Notes: a model not told the origin generated them from the letters alone. A stretch of DNA of 64,000 nt from Escherichia coli (GCF_016903815.1 NZ_CP069973.1), one strand, 5' to 3'. Counted from the first letter of the stretch, positions 29,959 through 45,940 are shown. A program made the numbers and translations.

Positions 29959-30483
29959 GGTCTGCCTGATGTTTGTGGAATCAAGGGGCATAGTATACCT
30001 GAAGCAGGGTGGGGATGTTTTACGAAAGTTGTCGCGATGTTGACAAGAAGAGAATGAAAGAGAGACCAGGACATCTTTGTAATAGAAGCAGCAATAATTT
30101 CATATTCACTGAAAATATTTTTAATTTTTATTTATAGCCATAGATTATTGTTTTTGGGAATTTGGTGACGTTTTCAAAAAGTGAATAACTTAAAGTTCAT
30201 TGCTTATTGATACATTATTTGTCTGTTTTAGTTGTTTTATATTTTCATGGTCTATGTTTTAAAATTAACGCTTTCATTAACGTATTGAAATATTGTGTTT
30301 TTGTTATTTCTTTCTGTGTGTGTGTTCACGTGCTTTATATATGTCCGCAATCGGACTTAGGGGAAAGAATAATTGAACCATTCCTCTATAACGCCGCATA
30401 ATCGTCAACGCGAAACATAATATGTTTTCTATGCATTGATAATTGATGGATCAACTTATTACGTCCCTGAGGAGGGATGACAA

Positions 30484-33444
<2,961 letters not shown>

Positions 33445-33458
33445 TGAAGAAATAGGTT

Positions 33459-34141
<683 letters not shown>

Positions 34142-35299
34142 TCAGGATGCGGGGATAACCAACGGTTTATTCCCGCTTAGCTCGGTCACCAGGTCATTGA
34201 TGCCATCGCTCATATTTTTAAAGCGCGTCAACGGCGAACGAGTGACCACCACAAACGCGCCAATATTCTTCTGCGGGATCATCGCCATATAGGTAATGAA
34301 ACCGCCACCACCACCTGTCTTCTGAATAATCCCCGGACGACCCTCTTTCGGGGCCATATATACCCAGCCTAAACCAAGCGCATCCGCTTTGCCGGGGACA
34401 TCCATGCCAATCACTTTCGTAAACTGCGCGCGCTGATAAATCAACGTCTGCATGCGATCAGCCTGGTTACTGCGCTGATAAAAATCGGATGACAAATACT
34501 GCTGCATCCAGCGCATCATATCGCCAGGCGTGGAATAGACGCCGCCGCTGCCAATTGCCGCCAGCGTGTTATTGCACGGACTGGCACCACGCTCAGCAAC
34601 CATTAAACGGCGGCACTGATCCGGCGAGGGGGTGTAGGTGGTGTCTTTCATCCCCAATGGACGGGTAATCTGCTCTTCAAACAACTGGGTATAAGGCTTG
34701 CCGGACGCATTCGCCAGTGCATCTGCCAGCAGATCGAATGCGAGGTTGGAGTACGCGGCCTGGCTGCCCGGCGCGGCTTTTAGTTTGGCAGTGGAAAGGT
34801 ATTTCCAGCGTTGCTCGCGCGTTGGCCAGACAAACACCGGACGATGTGCCGCGCCACCGGGCTGTTCACGGGGCAGGGCGCTGGTATGGGTTGCCAGATT
34901 GACCAGCGTAATGGGCGTCCCATTGTAGGTTGGCACGCGTGCGCCTGGCGGAGCATATTTACTTAGCGGATCGTTTAACTTCACGGTCCCCTGGTCGAGC
35001 AATTTCACCAGCATCTCACTGGTCATTAGCTTGGTGAGGGAAGCAATACGTATGACCGAATCCAGCTGCGGGCGAACGTTATTACCAGGTCGCGTTTCGC
35101 CATAACTGCGAAAGACGCGCTGGTTACCGTCGATAACAACCAGCGCCATCCCCGTGGCACCGCTGCCGTAAAAAATATGATCGGCATAACGATCGACAAT
35201 ATCAGAGGCGAACTCCGGTTCAGTGATCGGCTGCGCCGCATGGACGGAGGTCAATGACGCCGCACACAGCACGGCAGAAAAAAGCAGACTACGTTTCAA
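34142..35299 (-). CDS. ampH: Class C beta-lactamase-like peptidoglycan hydrolase AmpH
   Basis: 385 aa with signal peptide and SxxK active-site motif (ASLTK). Confidence 0.93.
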   Translation of the reverse strand: MKRSLLFSAVLCAASLTSVHAAQPITEPEFASDIVDRYADHIFYGSGATGMALVVIDGNQRVFRSYGETRPGNNVRPQLDSVIRIASLTKLMTSEMLVKLLDQGTVKLNDPLSKYAPPGARVPTYNGTPITLVNLATHTSALPREQPGGAAHRPVFVWPTREQRWKYLSTAKLKAAPGSQAAYSNLAFDLLADALANASGKPYTQLFEEQITRPLGMKDTTYTPSPDQCRRLMVAERGASPCNNTLAAIGSGGVYSTPGDMMRWMQQYLSSDFYQRSNQADRMQTLIYQRAQFTKVIGMDVPGKADALGLGWVYMAPKEGRPGIIQKTGGGGGFITYMAMIPQKNIGAFVVVTRSPLTRFKNMSDGINDLVTELSGNKPLVIPAS

Positions 35300-35530
35300 C
35301 GGTGGTGTCCATAGATTGAATGAAGGTAACTGAGCGTATTTATACTACTCATTGATGGATTGCAAAGGGCGAATTAGAGCAATAATAGTGTTAAAAACGT
35401 AACGGCGCGTAAACACGATCTTTTTCCTGCTCACCAATGCCTGCATTTGTGATCCTGCGCGTGTTAATCCGCTTATGTAAACAATCTTTGGTTTGTGAAA
35501 TCCGTCGAAACAATTTTTATGCTCAGGCTG

Positions 35531-35560
35531 GCGAACTAAGCGCCTTGCTATGGGTCACAA
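35531..35560 (+). promoter_or_regulatory. Candidate sigma-E type promoter upstream of sbmA
   Basis: GAACTA - 16 nt - TCACA resembles the GGAACTT-N16-TCNAA sigma-E consensus; position about 90 bp upstream of sbmA start. Confidence 0.3.
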
Positions 35561-35650
35561 TGGGCGGTTTCATTTGGCTGACTCTTTGTAGCGGTCATGC
35601 GGTTAATACACAGCAGTTGTTAAAACGATAAGAAGTTAGCAGGAGTGCAT

Positions 35651-36871
35651 ATGTTTAAGTCTTTTTTCCCAAAGCCGGGAACGTTTTTTCTCTCGGCCTT
35701 TGTTTGGGCATTGATTGCCGTTATCTTCTGGCAAGCAGGTGGGGGTGACTGGGTGGCGCGTATCACCGGAGCTTCCGGGCAGATCCCGATTAGCGCCGCG
35801 CGTTTCTGGTCGTTGGATTTTCTGATTTTTTACGCTTACTACATTGTTTGTGTAGGACTTTTTGCATTGTTCTGGTTTATCTACAGCCCGCATCGTTGGC
35901 AATACTGGTCAATACTCGGTACTGCACTGATCATCTTCGTCACCTGGTTTTTGGTGGAAGTCGGGGTCGCCGTCAACGCCTGGTATGCGCCGTTCTATGA
36001 TCTGATTCAAACCGCGCTAAGTTCGCCGCATAAAGTCACCATCGAACAATTTTACCGCGAAGTGGGCGTCTTTCTGGGGATTGCGCTGATCGCGGTAGTG
36101 ATCAGTGTGCTGAACAACTTCTTTGTCAGTCACTACGTGTTCCGCTGGCGTACGGCGATGAACGAATATTACATGGCGAACTGGCAACAACTGCGTCATA
36201 TCGAAGGTGCCGCCCAACGTGTGCAGGAAGATACCATGCGTTTTGCTTCAACGCTGGAGAATATGGGCGTCAGCTTTATCAACGCTATCATGACGTTGAT
36301 CGCCTTCCTGCCGGTGCTGGTAACGCTCTCCGCGCATGTGCCGGAGCTGCCGATTGTCGGGCACATTCCGTATGGCCTGGTGATTGCCGCTATCGTCTGG
36401 TCGCTAATGGGGACCGGATTGCTGGCAGTGGTAGGGATCAAACTGCCGGGGCTGGAGTTTAAAAACCAGCGTGTAGAGGCTGCCTACCGTAAAGAGCTGG
36501 TTTATGGTGAAGACGATGCCACGCGCGCGACGCCGCCTACGGTACGCGAGCTGTTTAGCGCCGTACGGAAAAACTATTTCCGCCTCTATTTTCACTATAT
36601 GTATTTCAACATCGCCCGCATTCTCTATTTGCAGGTCGATAACGTTTTCGGTTTGTTCTTGCTGTTTCCGTCAATTGTTGCCGGTACGATTACGCTCGGC
36701 CTGATGACGCAGATTACCAACGTTTTTGGTCAGGTTCGCGGAGCTTTCCAGTACCTGATTAACTCATGGACCACACTGGTTGAGTTGATGTCTATCTACA
36801 AACGTCTGCGCAGCTTTGAACATGAGCTGGATGGTGACAAAATTCAGGAAGTAACCCATACCTTGAGCTAA
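35651..36871 (+). CDS. sbmA: Peptide antibiotic / microcin importer SbmA
   Basis: 406 aa from [24 protein letters not shown]...; ABC-type transmembrane domain without ATPase. Confidence 0.94.
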   Translation: MFKSFFPKPGTFFLSAFVWALIAVIFWQAGGGDWVARITGASGQIPISAARFWSLDFLIFYAYYIVCVGLFALFWFIYSPHRWQYWSILGTALIIFVTWFLVEVGVAVNAWYAPFYDLIQTALSSPHKVTIEQFYREVGVFLGIALIAVVISVLNNFFVSHYVFRWRTAMNEYYMANWQQLRHIEGAAQRVQEDTMRFASTLENMGVSFINAIMTLIAFLPVLVTLSAHVPELPIVGHIPYGLVIAAIVWSLMGTGLLAVVGIKLPGLEFKNQRVEAAYRKELVYGEDDATRATPPTVRELFSAVRKNYFRLYFHYMYFNIARILYLQVDNVFGLFLLFPSIVAGTITLGLMTQITNVFGQVRGAFQYLINSWTTLVELMSIYKRLRSFEHELDGDKIQEVTHTLS

Positions 36872-36883
36872 AAAGGAGAAGTA

Positions 36884-37978
36884 ATGTCGCGCGTCAATCA
36901 TCTATCTTCGCTGTCATTGTTGGCGGTTCTGGTTTTAGCGGGGTGTAGTAGTCAGGCTCCGCAACCGTTGAAAAAGGGCGAAAAAGCGATAGATGTGGCG
37001 AGCGTCGTGCGGCAGAAGATGCCTGCGAGCGTGAAAGACCGCGATGCCTGGGCGAAAGATCTCGCCACCACGTTTGAAAGTCAGGGGCTGGCACCGACGC
37101 TGGAAAACGTCTGCTCGGTGCTGGCGGTGGCACAGCAGGAGTCAAATTATCAGGCAGATCCGGCCGTTCCGGGCTTAAGCAAGATCGCCTGGCAAGAGAT
37201 TGACCGTCGTGCTGAACGGATGCACATTCCTGCTTTTCTGGTGCATACCGCGCTAAAAATCAAATCGCCAAACGGCAAAAGCTATAGCGAACGGTTAGAT
37301 TCGGTGCGTACAGAAAAGCAATTGAGCGCGATTTTTGACGATCTGATCAGCATGGTGCCAATGGGGCAGACGTTGTTTGGTTCGCTTAATCCGGTGCGCA
37401 CCGGTGGGCCGATGCAGGTCAGCATTGCCTTTGCCGAACAGCATACCAAAGGGTATCCGTGGAAAATGGACGGTAAAGTCCGTCAGGAAGTCTTCAGTCG
37501 TCGCGGCGGGTTGTGGTTTGGTACTTACCATTTACTGAATTATCCCGCCAGCTATAGCGCGCCGATATACCGTTTTGCTGATTTTAACGCTGGCTGGTAC
37601 GCCAGCCGTAATGCCGCGTTTCAGAACGCGGTCAGTAAAGCCAGCGGCGTGAAGCTGGCACTGGACGGTGATTTAATTCGTTACGACAGTAAAGAGCCCG
37701 GGAAAACCGAACTGGCAACGCGCAAACTGGCGGGAAAACTGGGGATGAGTGACAGTGAAATTCGCCGCCAGTTAGAGAAAGGGGACAGCTTCTCTTTTGA
37801 GGAGACGGCGCTGTACAAGAAAGTTTATCAACTTGCCGAAGCGAAAACGGGTAAATCACTACCCCGCGAAATGTTGCCTGGCATTCAACTGGAAAGCCCG
37901 AAAATCACCCGCAACCTGACTACGGCCTGGTTTGCGAAGCGCGTAGACGAACGGCGGGCGCGTTGTATGAAACAGTGA
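36884..37978 (+). CDS. yaiW: Outer membrane lipoprotein YaiW
   Basis: 364 aa; lipobox LAGCSS; 12 bp after sbmA stop. Confidence 0.92.
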   Translation: MSRVNHLSSLSLLAVLVLAGCSSQAPQPLKKGEKAIDVASVVRQKMPASVKDRDAWAKDLATTFESQGLAPTLENVCSVLAVAQQESNYQADPAVPGLSKIAWQEIDRRAERMHIPAFLVHTALKIKSPNGKSYSERLDSVRTEKQLSAIFDDLISMVPMGQTLFGSLNPVRTGGPMQVSIAFAEQHTKGYPWKMDGKVRQEVFSRRGGLWFGTYHLLNYPASYSAPIYRFADFNAGWYASRNAAFQNAVSKASGVKLALDGDLIRYDSKEPGKTELATRKLAGKLGMSDSEIRRQLEKGDSFSFEETALYKKVYQLAEAKTGKSLPREMLPGIQLESPKITRNLTTAWFAKRVDERRARCMKQ

Positions 37979-38035
37979 TCAAACAGGAATGTCATGCCAG
38001 ATAAAGCGTTTTAGGTCCTATCTGGCAAGTAAATC

Positions 38036-38344
38036 TTACTGGCGGCGATGTCGCCAGTGCAGCCATAGCGCCACTACTGCAAAAATGAGGCAGCCAACTA
38101 AAAACGGGATCAGCCCGAAAATGGTGCCGACACCTAAACCAATTTCCACCCGTGGGCGACCTGTTTCCTGGACCTGCATTAAACGCTCATAGACGCCGGG
38201 CGCATGCACTAGCAGGTTCAGCAATTGCGCCCCAGCCCAAAAGCAAAACAGCACAAACAACGCATAGGCAATATTGCCAGGCGTTGAAGAGGCATTGCGA
38301 TATTTTCCGCTAAACAGCGATTTTGACAGGGTGAAATCAGCCAT
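38036..38344 (-). CDS. yaiY: Small inner membrane protein YaiY
   Basis: 102 aa with two hydrophobic TM stretches. Confidence 0.88.
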
Positions 38345-38603
38345 AAAAACCTCCGGAAGTCATCTGCTTCTCTTCTGGTGTGATACCAGCGGCTTATGGC
38401 AAGTCTGACAGGTCATTAAGATTGTCAATATCAGAATCATGGTAAATTGATGTTGGGAATATTCCCGAAGCGTGAATCTTCGTCGTAAGTCACAAAATGA
38501 CAACCTTAAGTTAAATTTATTAACAATTACGGAAATGTTGTCTACGCCACAGACGGATGTTGCAGAATATGCAAGGATGTTGTTTTTCGTTAACGGAGCT
38601 GCC

Positions 38604-38816
38604 ATGAACTTGCCTGTAAAAATCCGCCGTGACTGGCACTACTATGCGTTCGCCATTGGCCTTATATTCATTCTTAATGGCGTGGTGGGGTTACTGGGAT
38701 TTGAAGCAAAAGGTTGGCAGACCTATGCCGTCGGTCTGGTGACGTGGGTGATTAGTTTCTGGCTGGCGGGGCTGATTATTCGTCGTCGCGATGAAGAAAC
38801 TGAAAACGCCCAATAA
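38604..38816 (+). CDS. yaiZ: Small membrane protein YaiZ
   Basis: 70 aa from MNLPVKIRRDWHYYAFAIGLIF...; SD ACGGAG; track ORF extended upstream. Confidence 0.85.
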   Translation: MNLPVKIRRDWHYYAFAIGLIFILNGVVGLLGFEAKGWQTYAVGLVTWVISFWLAGLIIRRRDEETENAQ

Positions 38817-38832
38817 GAATATTATCGGGCGT
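38803..38832. terminator. Hairpin between convergent yaiZ and ddlA
   Basis: CGCCCAATA...TATCGGGCG inverted repeat spanning the yaiZ stop codon. Confidence 0.5.
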
Positions 38833-38839
38833 TTAAATA

Positions 38840-39934
38840 TTACATTGTGGTTTTCAATGCGTTATCCGCAGCGTGACGCTCCAGCGCCAGCTCAATCAAA
38901 CGGGTGATCAGGTCGGTGTAACCCAGACCGCTGGCTTGCCACAGCTTCGGATACATACTGATGTTGGTGAAGCCAGGCAGTGTGTTGATCTCGTTGATCA
39001 CCACTTCGTTCTCTGGGGTTAAAAACACGTCTACACGCGCCATGCCTGCGCATCCCAACGTCTGATAAGCCTGAACGGCAATCGCCCGGATCTTATCGTT
39101 GATTTCTGGCGCAATGGCTGCCGGAACTACCACTTTCGCGCCATCTTCGTCAATGTACTTGGTGTCGTAGGCATAAAAATCGCTGGTGAGTACGATCTCG
39201 CCACAGGTGCTGGCTTGCGGATTGTCGTTGCCCAGAACTGCGCATTCGATCTCACGACCTTTGATCCCTTGCTCAACGATCACTTTATGGTCGAACTCGA
39301 ACGCCAGATCGACGGCAATTGCGTACTGTTCTTCACTGGTTACTTTGCTGACACCAACAGAAGAGCCCTGATTAGCCGGTTTTACAAACAGCGGTAACCC
39401 CAGTTTAGACTCCACTTCGGCAAAACTGATGTTGTGACGATTAGCGCGCGTCAGGGTAATAAATGGCGCAATGTTCAGCCCGGCATCGCGCAGCAGACGT
39501 TTGGTGACATCTTTATCCATACAGGCCGCTGAAGCCAGAACATCAGAACCTACAAACGGTAAATTGGCGACCCGCAGCATTCCCTGCAAGGAACCATCTT
39601 CGCCCAGCGTACCGTGGACAATCGGGAAAATGACATCCACCGTCGGCAACGGCTGACCGTTTTGCGCGTCGATAAGCTGATGTTCATGTTTACCAGGCAC
39701 CTGCGCAAGGCTGGTCGCCGAAGGGCGCAACGCAATATGGGCAGGATCGTCTGCATTTAGCAGATAATTGCTGGCATCGCTGACGTGCCATTGCCCTTGT
39801 TTATCAATGCCCAGCAGCACAACGTCGAAGCGACTTTTATCAATGGCATCGACAATGTTTTTTGCCGATTGCAGAGACACTTCATGTTCCGCTGATTTAC
39901 CACCAAAAACGATTCCTACCCGCAGTTTTTCCAT
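38840..39934 (-). CDS. ddlA: D-alanine--D-alanine ligase A
   Basis: 364 aa ATP-grasp enzyme [24 protein letters not shown]... Confidence 0.95.
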   Translation of the reverse strand: MEKLRVGIVFGGKSAEHEVSLQSAKNIVDAIDKSRFDVVLLGIDKQGQWHVSDASNYLLNADDPAHIALRPSATSLAQVPGKHEHQLIDAQNGQPLPTVDVIFPIVHGTLGEDGSLQGMLRVANLPFVGSDVLASAACMDKDVTKRLLRDAGLNIAPFITLTRANRHNISFAEVESKLGLPLFVKPANQGSSVGVSKVTSEEQYAIAVDLAFEFDHKVIVEQGIKGREIECAVLGNDNPQASTCGEIVLTSDFYAYDTKYIDEDGAKVVVPAAIAPEINDKIRAIAVQAYQTLGCAGMARVDVFLTPENEVVINEINTLPGFTNISMYPKLWQASGLGYTDLITRLIELALERHAADNALKTTM

Positions 39935-40396
39935 CTTAAAAACCTATCCCGTCTAACACAAAGTGCATACATTACCACGACAAAACGGGGGATTCGCGGC
40001 CTTCTGACAGAATGTTGCAATCTTCTGCTGACAAAGCGTGCAACGTACTGGTGAAGAAAGCGCGTTATCTCAATGATGTGCGCAAGATCACAAAAATGAT
40101 GAACGGGAAGCTAATTTATTCCTGGCTTGTATGGCCATGCAGTGAGTTTTTTTCTCTTAATTATAAGTTTACGAAGAGAATATATTTCATAACTTTTATT
40201 TATAATAAAGGTTGATAATTAAAAGCCTATATTTTGTGTGGGTAATTATTAAAATAAGAGAAACGTTTCGCTGGTAATCAAACAAAAAATATTTGCGCAA
40301 AGTATTTCCTTTGTCATAAAAATAATACTTCCAGACACTATGAAGTTGTGAAACATAATGTTAACTTCTCCATACTTTGGATAAGGAAATACAGAC

Positions 40397-40657
40397 ATGA
40401 AAAATCTCATTGCTGAGTTGTTATTTAAGCTTGCCCAAAAAGAAGAAGAGTCGAAAGAACTGTGCGCGCAGGTAGAAGCTTTGGAGATTATCGTCACTGC
40501 AATGCTTCGCAATATGGCGCAAAATGACCAACAAAGGTTGATTGATCAGGTAGAGGGGGCGCTGTACGAGGTAAAGCCCGATGCCAGCATTCCTGACGAC
40601 GATACGGAGCTGCTGCGCAATTATGTAAAGAAGTTATTGAAGCATCCTCGTCAGTAA
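40397..40657 (+). CDS. iraP: Anti-adaptor protein IraP (RpoS stabiliser)
   Basis: 86 aa [30 protein letters not shown]... Confidence 0.93.
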   Translation: MKNLIAELLFKLAQKEEESKELCAQVEALEIIVTAMLRNMAQNDQQRLIDQVEGALYEVKPDASIPDDDTELLRNYVKKLLKHPRQ

Positions 40658-40677
40658 AAAGTTAATCTTTTCAACAG

Positions 40678-40714
40678 CTGTCATAAAGCTGTCACGGCCG
40701 AGACTTATAGTCGC
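40678..40714 (+). promoter_or_regulatory. Pho box (PhoB binding site) of the phoA promoter
   Basis: CTGTCATAAAGCTGTCAC followed by -10 region TATAGT; matches the Pho box consensus CTGTCATA(A/T)A(T/A)CTGTCA(C/T). Confidence 0.9.
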
Positions 40715-40757
40715 TTTGTTTTTATTTTTTAATGTATTTGTACATGGAGAAAATAAA

Positions 40758-42173
40758 GTGAAACAAAGCACTATTGCACTGGCACTCTTACCGTTACTGT
40801 TTACCCCTGTGACAAAAGCCCGGACACCAGAAATGCCTGTTCTGGAAAACCGGGCTGCTCAGGGAGATATTACTGCACCCGGCGGTGCTCGCCGCTTAAC
40901 GGGTGATCAGACCGCCGCTCTGCGTGATTCTCTTAGCGATAAACCCGCCAAAAATATTATTTTGCTGATTGGCGATGGGATGGGGGACTCGGAAATTACT
41001 GCTGCACGCAATTATGCCGAAGGTGCGGGCGGCTTTTTTAAAGGTATCGATGCATTACCGCTTACCGGGCAATACACTCACTATGCGCTGAATAAAAAAA
41101 CCGGTAAACCGGACTACGTCACCGACTCGGCTGCATCAGCAACCGCCTGGTCAACTGGTGTCAAAACCTATAACGGCGCGCTGGGCGTCGATATTCACGA
41201 AAAAGATCACCCAACGATTCTGGAAATGGCAAAAGCCGCAGGTCTGGCGACCGGTAACGTTTCTACCGCAGAGTTGCAGGATGCTACGCCCGCTGCGCTG
41301 GTGTCGCATGTGACCTCGCGCAAATGCTACGGTCCGAGCGTGACCAGTGAAAAATGTACGGGTAACGCTCTGGAAAAAGGCGGGAAAGGATCGATTACCG
41401 AACAGCTGCTTAACGCTCGTGCCGATGTTACGCTTGGCGGCGGCGCAAAAACCTTTGCTGAAACGGCAACCGCCGGTGAATGGCAGGGAAAAACGCTGCG
41501 TGAACAGGCACAGGCGCGTGGTTATCAGTTGGTGAGTGATGCTGCCTCGCTAAATGCGGTGACGGAAGCGAACCAGCAAAAACCCCTGCTAGGACTGTTT
41601 GCTGACGGCAATATGCCAGTGCGCTGGCTAGGACCGAAAGCAACGTACCACGGCAATATCGATAAGCCCGCAGTCACCTGTACGCCTAATCCGCAACGTA
41701 ATGACAGTGTACCGACCCTGGCGCAGATGACCGACAAAGCCATTGAATTGTTGAGTAAAAATGAGAAAGGCTTTTTCCTGCAAGTTGAAGGTGCATCCAT
41801 CGATAAACAGGATCACGCTGCGAATCCTTGTGGGCAAATTGGCGAGACGGTCGATCTCGATGAAGCCGTACAACGTGCGCTGGAATTCGCTAAAAAGGAT
41901 GGCAACACGCTGGTCATAGTCACCGCTGATCACGCCCACGCCAGCCAGATTGTCGCGGCGGACACCAAAGCGCCGGGCCTCACCCAGGCGCTAAATACCA
42001 AAGATGGCGCAGTGATGGTGATGAGTTACGGGAACTCCGAAGAGGATTCACAAGAACATACCGGCAGTCAGTTGCGTATTGCGGCGTATGGCCCACATGC
42101 TGCCAATGTCGTTGGACTGACCGACCAGACCGATCTCTTCTACACCATGAAAGCCGCCCTGGGGCTGAAATAA
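40758..42173 (+). CDS. phoA: Alkaline phosphatase PhoA
   Basis: GTG start ([21 protein letters not shown] signal peptide), 471 aa; Pho box upstream. Confidence 0.96.
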   Translation: MKQSTIALALLPLLFTPVTKARTPEMPVLENRAAQGDITAPGGARRLTGDQTAALRDSLSDKPAKNIILLIGDGMGDSEITAARNYAEGAGGFFKGIDALPLTGQYTHYALNKKTGKPDYVTDSAASATAWSTGVKTYNGALGVDIHEKDHPTILEMAKAAGLATGNVSTAELQDATPAALVSHVTSRKCYGPSVTSEKCTGNALEKGGKGSITEQLLNARADVTLGGGAKTFAETATAGEWQGKTLREQAQARGYQLVSDAASLNAVTEANQQKPLLGLFADGNMPVRWLGPKATYHGNIDKPAVTCTPNPQRNDSVPTLAQMTDKAIELLSKNEKGFFLQVEGASIDKQDHAANPCGQIGETVDLDEAVQRALEFAKKDGNTLVIVTADHAHASQIVAADTKAPGLTQALNTKDGAVMVMSYGNSEEDSQEHTGSQLRIAAYGPHAANVVGLTDQTDLFYTMKAALGLK

Positions 42174-42291
42174 AACCGCGCCCGGCGGTGAATTTTCGCT
42201 GTCGGGTGGTTTTTTTGCTGTTAGCAACCAGACTTAATGGCAGATCACGGGCGCAAACGCTCATGGTTAAAACATGAAGAGGGATGGTGCT

Positions 42292-42612
42292 ATGAAAATA
42301 ACATTACTGGTTACCTTGCTTTTCGGACTGGTTTTTTTAACCACCGTCGGCGCTGCCGAGAGAACCTTAACCCCGCAACAACAGCGTATGACCTCCTGTA
42401 ATCAGCAGGCGACGGCGCAGGCGTTGAAAGGGGATGCTCATAAGACCTACATGAGTGATTGCCTGAAGAACAGCAAGTCTGCGCCTGGTGAAAAAAGTTT
42501 GACGCCACAGCAGCAAAAGATGCGCGAATGTAATAATCAAGCAACGCAACAATCTCTGAAAGGTGATGATCGTAATAAGTTTATGAGCGCCTGCCTCAAG
42601 AAAGCCGCCTGA
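42292..42612 (+). CDS. psiF: Phosphate starvation-inducible protein PsiF
   Basis: 106 aa with signal peptide and two SLTPQQQ...CN.QAT repeats. Confidence 0.92.
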   Translation: MKITLLVTLLFGLVFLTTVGAAERTLTPQQQRMTSCNQQATAQALKGDAHKTYMSDCLKNSKSAPGEKSLTPQQQKMRECNNQATQQSLKGDDRNKFMSACLKKAA

Positions 42613-42713
42613 TATCTGATAGTGCTAACGGGTGAGCTACGAAAATGGCTCACCCGAAATTTCATACTTCTGCCTTTAGCCCCGTCTCTATAATTTGGGA
42701 AAATTGTTTCTGA

Positions 42714-43829
42714 ATGTTCCCAAAAATAATGAATGATGAAAACTTTTTCAAAAAAGCGGCGGCGCATGGGGAGGAACCTCCTTTAACTCCTCAAAACGAT
42801 CATCAGCGATCCGGGCTGCGCTTCGCCCGTCGCGTCAGACTACCCCGCGCGGTTGGCCTGGCTGGCATGTTCTTACCGATTGCTTCAACGCTGGTTTCGC
42901 ACCCGCCGCCGGGCTGGTGGTGGCTGGTGTTGGTCGGCTGGGCGTTCGTCTGGCCGCATTTAGCCTGGCAGATAGCGAGCAGGGCCGTCGATCCGCTTAG
43001 CCGGGAAATTTACAACTTAAAAACCGATGCAGTATTAGCGGGAATGTGGGTAGGCGTAATGGGCGTAAACGTGCTGCCTTCCACCGCGATGTTGATGATT
43101 ATGTGTCTGAATTTGATGGGGGCAGGCGGCCCCCGTCTGTTTGTCGCGGGTCTGGTGTTGATGGTGGTTTCCTGCCTTGTCACCCTCGAACTGACGGGCA
43201 TCACCGTGTCGTTCAATAGTGCGCCGCTGGAATGGTGGCTCTCCCTTCCCATTATCGTCATTTATCCTCTGCTGTTTGGCTGGGTCAGCTACCAGACGGC
43301 GACTAAACTGGCGGAACATAAACGCAGGTTGCAGGTCATGAGTACCCGCGACGGTATGACGGGCGTGTATAACCGACGTCATTGGGAAACTATGTTACGC
43401 AATGAATTTGATAACTGTCGGCGGCATAACCGCGATGCGACATTACTGATTATCGATATCGACCATTTCAAGAGCATCAACGATACCTGGGGCCATGATG
43501 TGGGCGATGAAGCGATTGTGGCGCTTACCCGACAGTTACAAATAACCCTGCGCGGTAGCGATGTGATTGGTCGGTTTGGCGGCGATGAGTTTGCGGTAAT
43601 CATGTCCGGTACGCCAGCTGAGAGCGCCATTACCGCCATGTTACGAGTGCATGAAGGGCTAAATACATTACGTCTGCCGAATACGCCACAGGTAACTTTA
43701 CGGATTAGTGTGGGGGTTGCGCCGCTGAACCCACAAATGAGTCACTATCGTGAGTGGTTGAAATCGGCAGATTTGGCGCTTTACAAAGCAAAGAAAGCCG
43801 GACGTAACCGCACCGAAGTGGCGGCCTGA
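42714..43829 (+). CDS. dgcC: Diguanylate cyclase DgcC (AdrA/YaiC)
   Basis: 371 aa; N-terminal membrane MASE2-like region; GGDEF motif (RFGGDEF). Confidence 0.93.
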   Translation: MFPKIMNDENFFKKAAAHGEEPPLTPQNDHQRSGLRFARRVRLPRAVGLAGMFLPIASTLVSHPPPGWWWLVLVGWAFVWPHLAWQIASRAVDPLSREIYNLKTDAVLAGMWVGVMGVNVLPSTAMLMIMCLNLMGAGGPRLFVAGLVLMVVSCLVTLELTGITVSFNSAPLEWWLSLPIIVIYPLLFGWVSYQTATKLAEHKRRLQVMSTRDGMTGVYNRRHWETMLRNEFDNCRRHNRDATLLIIDIDHFKSINDTWGHDVGDEAIVALTRQLQITLRGSDVIGRFGGDEFAVIMSGTPAESAITAMLRVHEGLNTLRLPNTPQVTLRISVGVAPLNPQMSHYREWLKSADLALYKAKKAGRNRTEVAA

Positions 43830-43845
43830 CGTCCGGCAAAAGTCA

Positions 43846-44655
43846 TCAGGATTTACTGAGTTTTTCTGATTTTTCCATACACTTCGTCATCGCTTCGATC
43901 ACTGCGGCACGGAAGCCTTTCTCTTCCAGTACGCGTACCGCCTCAATGGTGGTGCCTCCCGGTGAGCAGACCATATCTTTCAGTGCCCCCGGATGTTCTC
44001 CCGTTTCCAGCACCATTTTTGCGGAACCCATTACCGCCTGAGCGGCAAATTTATACGCCTGGGCGCGAGGCATCCCGCCCAGCACGGCGGCGTCGGCCAT
44101 CGCTTCGATAAACATAAAGACGTAGGCTGGGGAAGAACCGCTCACACCGACCACCGGGTGGATCATCGGCTCGGCAATTACTTCCGCTTCGCCAAAGCAG
44201 CGGAAAATATTCAGCACATCAGCGGTATCTTCTGGGGTTACCAGCGCGTTTGGCGTTACGGAGGTCATCCCTGCATTAACCAGCGCGGGAGTGTTCGGCA
44301 TGGCGCGGATAATTTTCCGGTCATGGCCCAGCGCACGGGCAAGCTGGTCGAGCGTGACACCTGCTGCAATAGAAACGACCAGAGAGTCTTTATTCAGGCT
44401 GGAGGTGATTTCGCTAAGCACTTTAATCATGATGCCTGGTTTAACGGCGGCAAAAATGATGTCAGCGATTTGCGCCACTTCTTGCGCCGATTCTGCGGCG
44501 TTGATGCCGAACTGGTCATGCAGGGCGGCGACTTTATCCGGGGAGGGGGTATATACCCAGATTTGCCCTGGAAGCACCTGACCGCTGGCAATCAGACCGC
44601 CGAGAATGGCTTTTCCCATATTGCCGCAGCCAATAAAACCGATTTTCTTTTCCAT
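43846..44655 (-). CDS. proC: Pyrroline-5-carboxylate reductase ProC
   Basis: 269 aa from [20 protein letters not shown]...; track ORF extended upstream. Confidence 0.95.
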   Translation of the reverse strand: MEKKIGFIGCGNMGKAILGGLIASGQVLPGQIWVYTPSPDKVAALHDQFGINAAESAQEVAQIADIIFAAVKPGIMIKVLSEITSSLNKDSLVVSIAAGVTLDQLARALGHDRKIIRAMPNTPALVNAGMTSVTPNALVTPEDTADVLNIFRCFGEAEVIAEPMIHPVVGVSGSSPAYVFMFIEAMADAAVLGGMPRAQAYKFAAQAVMGSAKMVLETGEHPGALKDMVCSPGGTTIEAVRVLEEKGFRAAVIEAMTKCMEKSEKLSKS

Positions 44656-44774
44656 TGCCTCACTCCTGCCGTGAAATTCATTGTTTTGATAATCGCTGGC
44701 AGAAGCATAAACAGAACTATGCCGGAAGGCAAAAGCGCGACACAATAGAGAATTACCCAACAAAGGATGACTTT

Positions 44775-45233
44775 ATGACAATTTGGGTGGATGCCGACGC
44801 GTGTCCCAATGTAATTAAAGAGATTTTGTATCGCGCGGCTGAACGTATGCAGATGCCGCTGGTACTGGTAGCAAACCAGAGTTTACGCGTACCGCCTTCG
44901 CGATTTATTCGAACGCTGCGCGTCGCGGCAGGTTTCGACGTTGCCGATAACGAAATTGTCCGGCAGTGTGAAGCTGGCGATTTGGTGATCACCGCAGATA
45001 TTCCTTTGGCTGCTGAAGCCATCGAGAAAGGCGCGGCGGCGCTTAATCCACGCGGCGAACGTTACACGCCAGCGACCATTCGTGAGCGCCTGACGATGCG
45101 CGATTTTATGGATACCTTACGCGCCAGTGGGATCCAGACCGGGGGACCAGATAGCCTTTCACAACGTGACCGCCAGGCCTTTGCCGCGGAGCTGGAGAAG
45201 TGGTGGCTGGAAGTGCAACGTAGTCGTGGCTGA
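44775..45233 (+). CDS. yaiI: UPF0178 family protein YaiI
   Basis: 152 aa from [18 protein letters not shown]... Confidence 0.9.
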   Translation: MTIWVDADACPNVIKEILYRAAERMQMPLVLVANQSLRVPPSRFIRTLRVAAGFDVADNEIVRQCEAGDLVITADIPLAAEAIEKGAAALNPRGERYTPATIRERLTMRDFMDTLRASGIQTGGPDSLSQRDRQAFAAELEKWWLEVQRSRG

Positions 45234-45234
45234 A

Positions 45235-45252
45235 TGTAATTTATTATTTACA
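45235..45252 (+). promoter_or_regulatory. TyrR box (aroL regulatory region)
   Basis: TGTAATTTATTATTTACA fits TGTAAA-N6-TTTACA. Confidence 0.85.
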
Positions 45253-45310
45253 CTTCATTCTTGAAAATTTATTGGTATAGTAAGGGATGTATTAAAATTT
45301 TCACTTTAAG

Positions 45311-45328
45311 TGGAATTTTTTCTTTACA
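45311..45328 (+). promoter_or_regulatory. TyrR box 2 (aroL regulatory region)
   Basis: TGGAATTTTTTCTTTACA, a weaker TyrR box. Confidence 0.7.
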
Positions 45329-45335
45329 ATCGAAA

Positions 45336-45355
45336 TTGTACTAGTTTGATGGTAT
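45336..45355 (+). promoter_or_regulatory. Candidate TrpR operator half-sites upstream of aroL
   Basis: Contains GTACTAGTT, the core of the TrpR operator consensus. Confidence 0.55.
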
Positions 45356-45415
45356 GATCGCTACTCTCATGACACCGGCTTTCGCCGCATTGCGACCTAT
45401 TGGGGAAAACCCACG

Positions 45416-45940
45416 ATGACACAACCTCTTTTTCTGATCGGGCCTCGGGGCTGTGGTAAAACAACGGTCGGAATGGCTCTTGCCGATTCGCTTAACCGTC
45501 GGTTTGTCGATACCGACCAGTGGTTGCAATCACAGCTCAATATGACGGTCGCGGAGATCGTCGAAAGGGAAGAGTGGGCGGGATTCCGCGCCAGAGAAAC
45601 GGCGGCGCTGGAAGCGGTAACTGCGCCATCCACCGTTATCGCCACGGGCGGCGGCATTATTCTGACGGAATTTAATCGTCACTTTATGCAAAATAACGGG
45701 ATCGTGGTTTATTTGTGTGCGCCAGTATCAGTCCTGGTTAACCGACTGCAAGCTGCACCGGAAGAAGATTTACGGCCAACCTTAACGGGGAAACCGCTGA
45801 GCGAAGAAGTTCAGGAAGTGCTGGAAGAACGCGATGCGCTATATCGCGAAGTTGCGCATATTATCATCGACGCAACAAACGAACCAAGCCAGGTGATTTC
45901 TGAAATTCGCAGTGCCCTGGCACAGACGATCAATTGTTGA
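45416..45940 (+). CDS. aroL: Shikimate kinase II AroL
   Basis: 174 aa; Walker [10 protein letters not shown]; TyrR/TrpR boxes upstream. Confidence 0.96.

Noticed and set aside
30207-30401. 64 aa ORF in the AT-rich region upstream of yaiT
   Set aside because: Hydrophobic peptide arising from AT-rich sequence; no SD; more likely regulatory DNA than a gene
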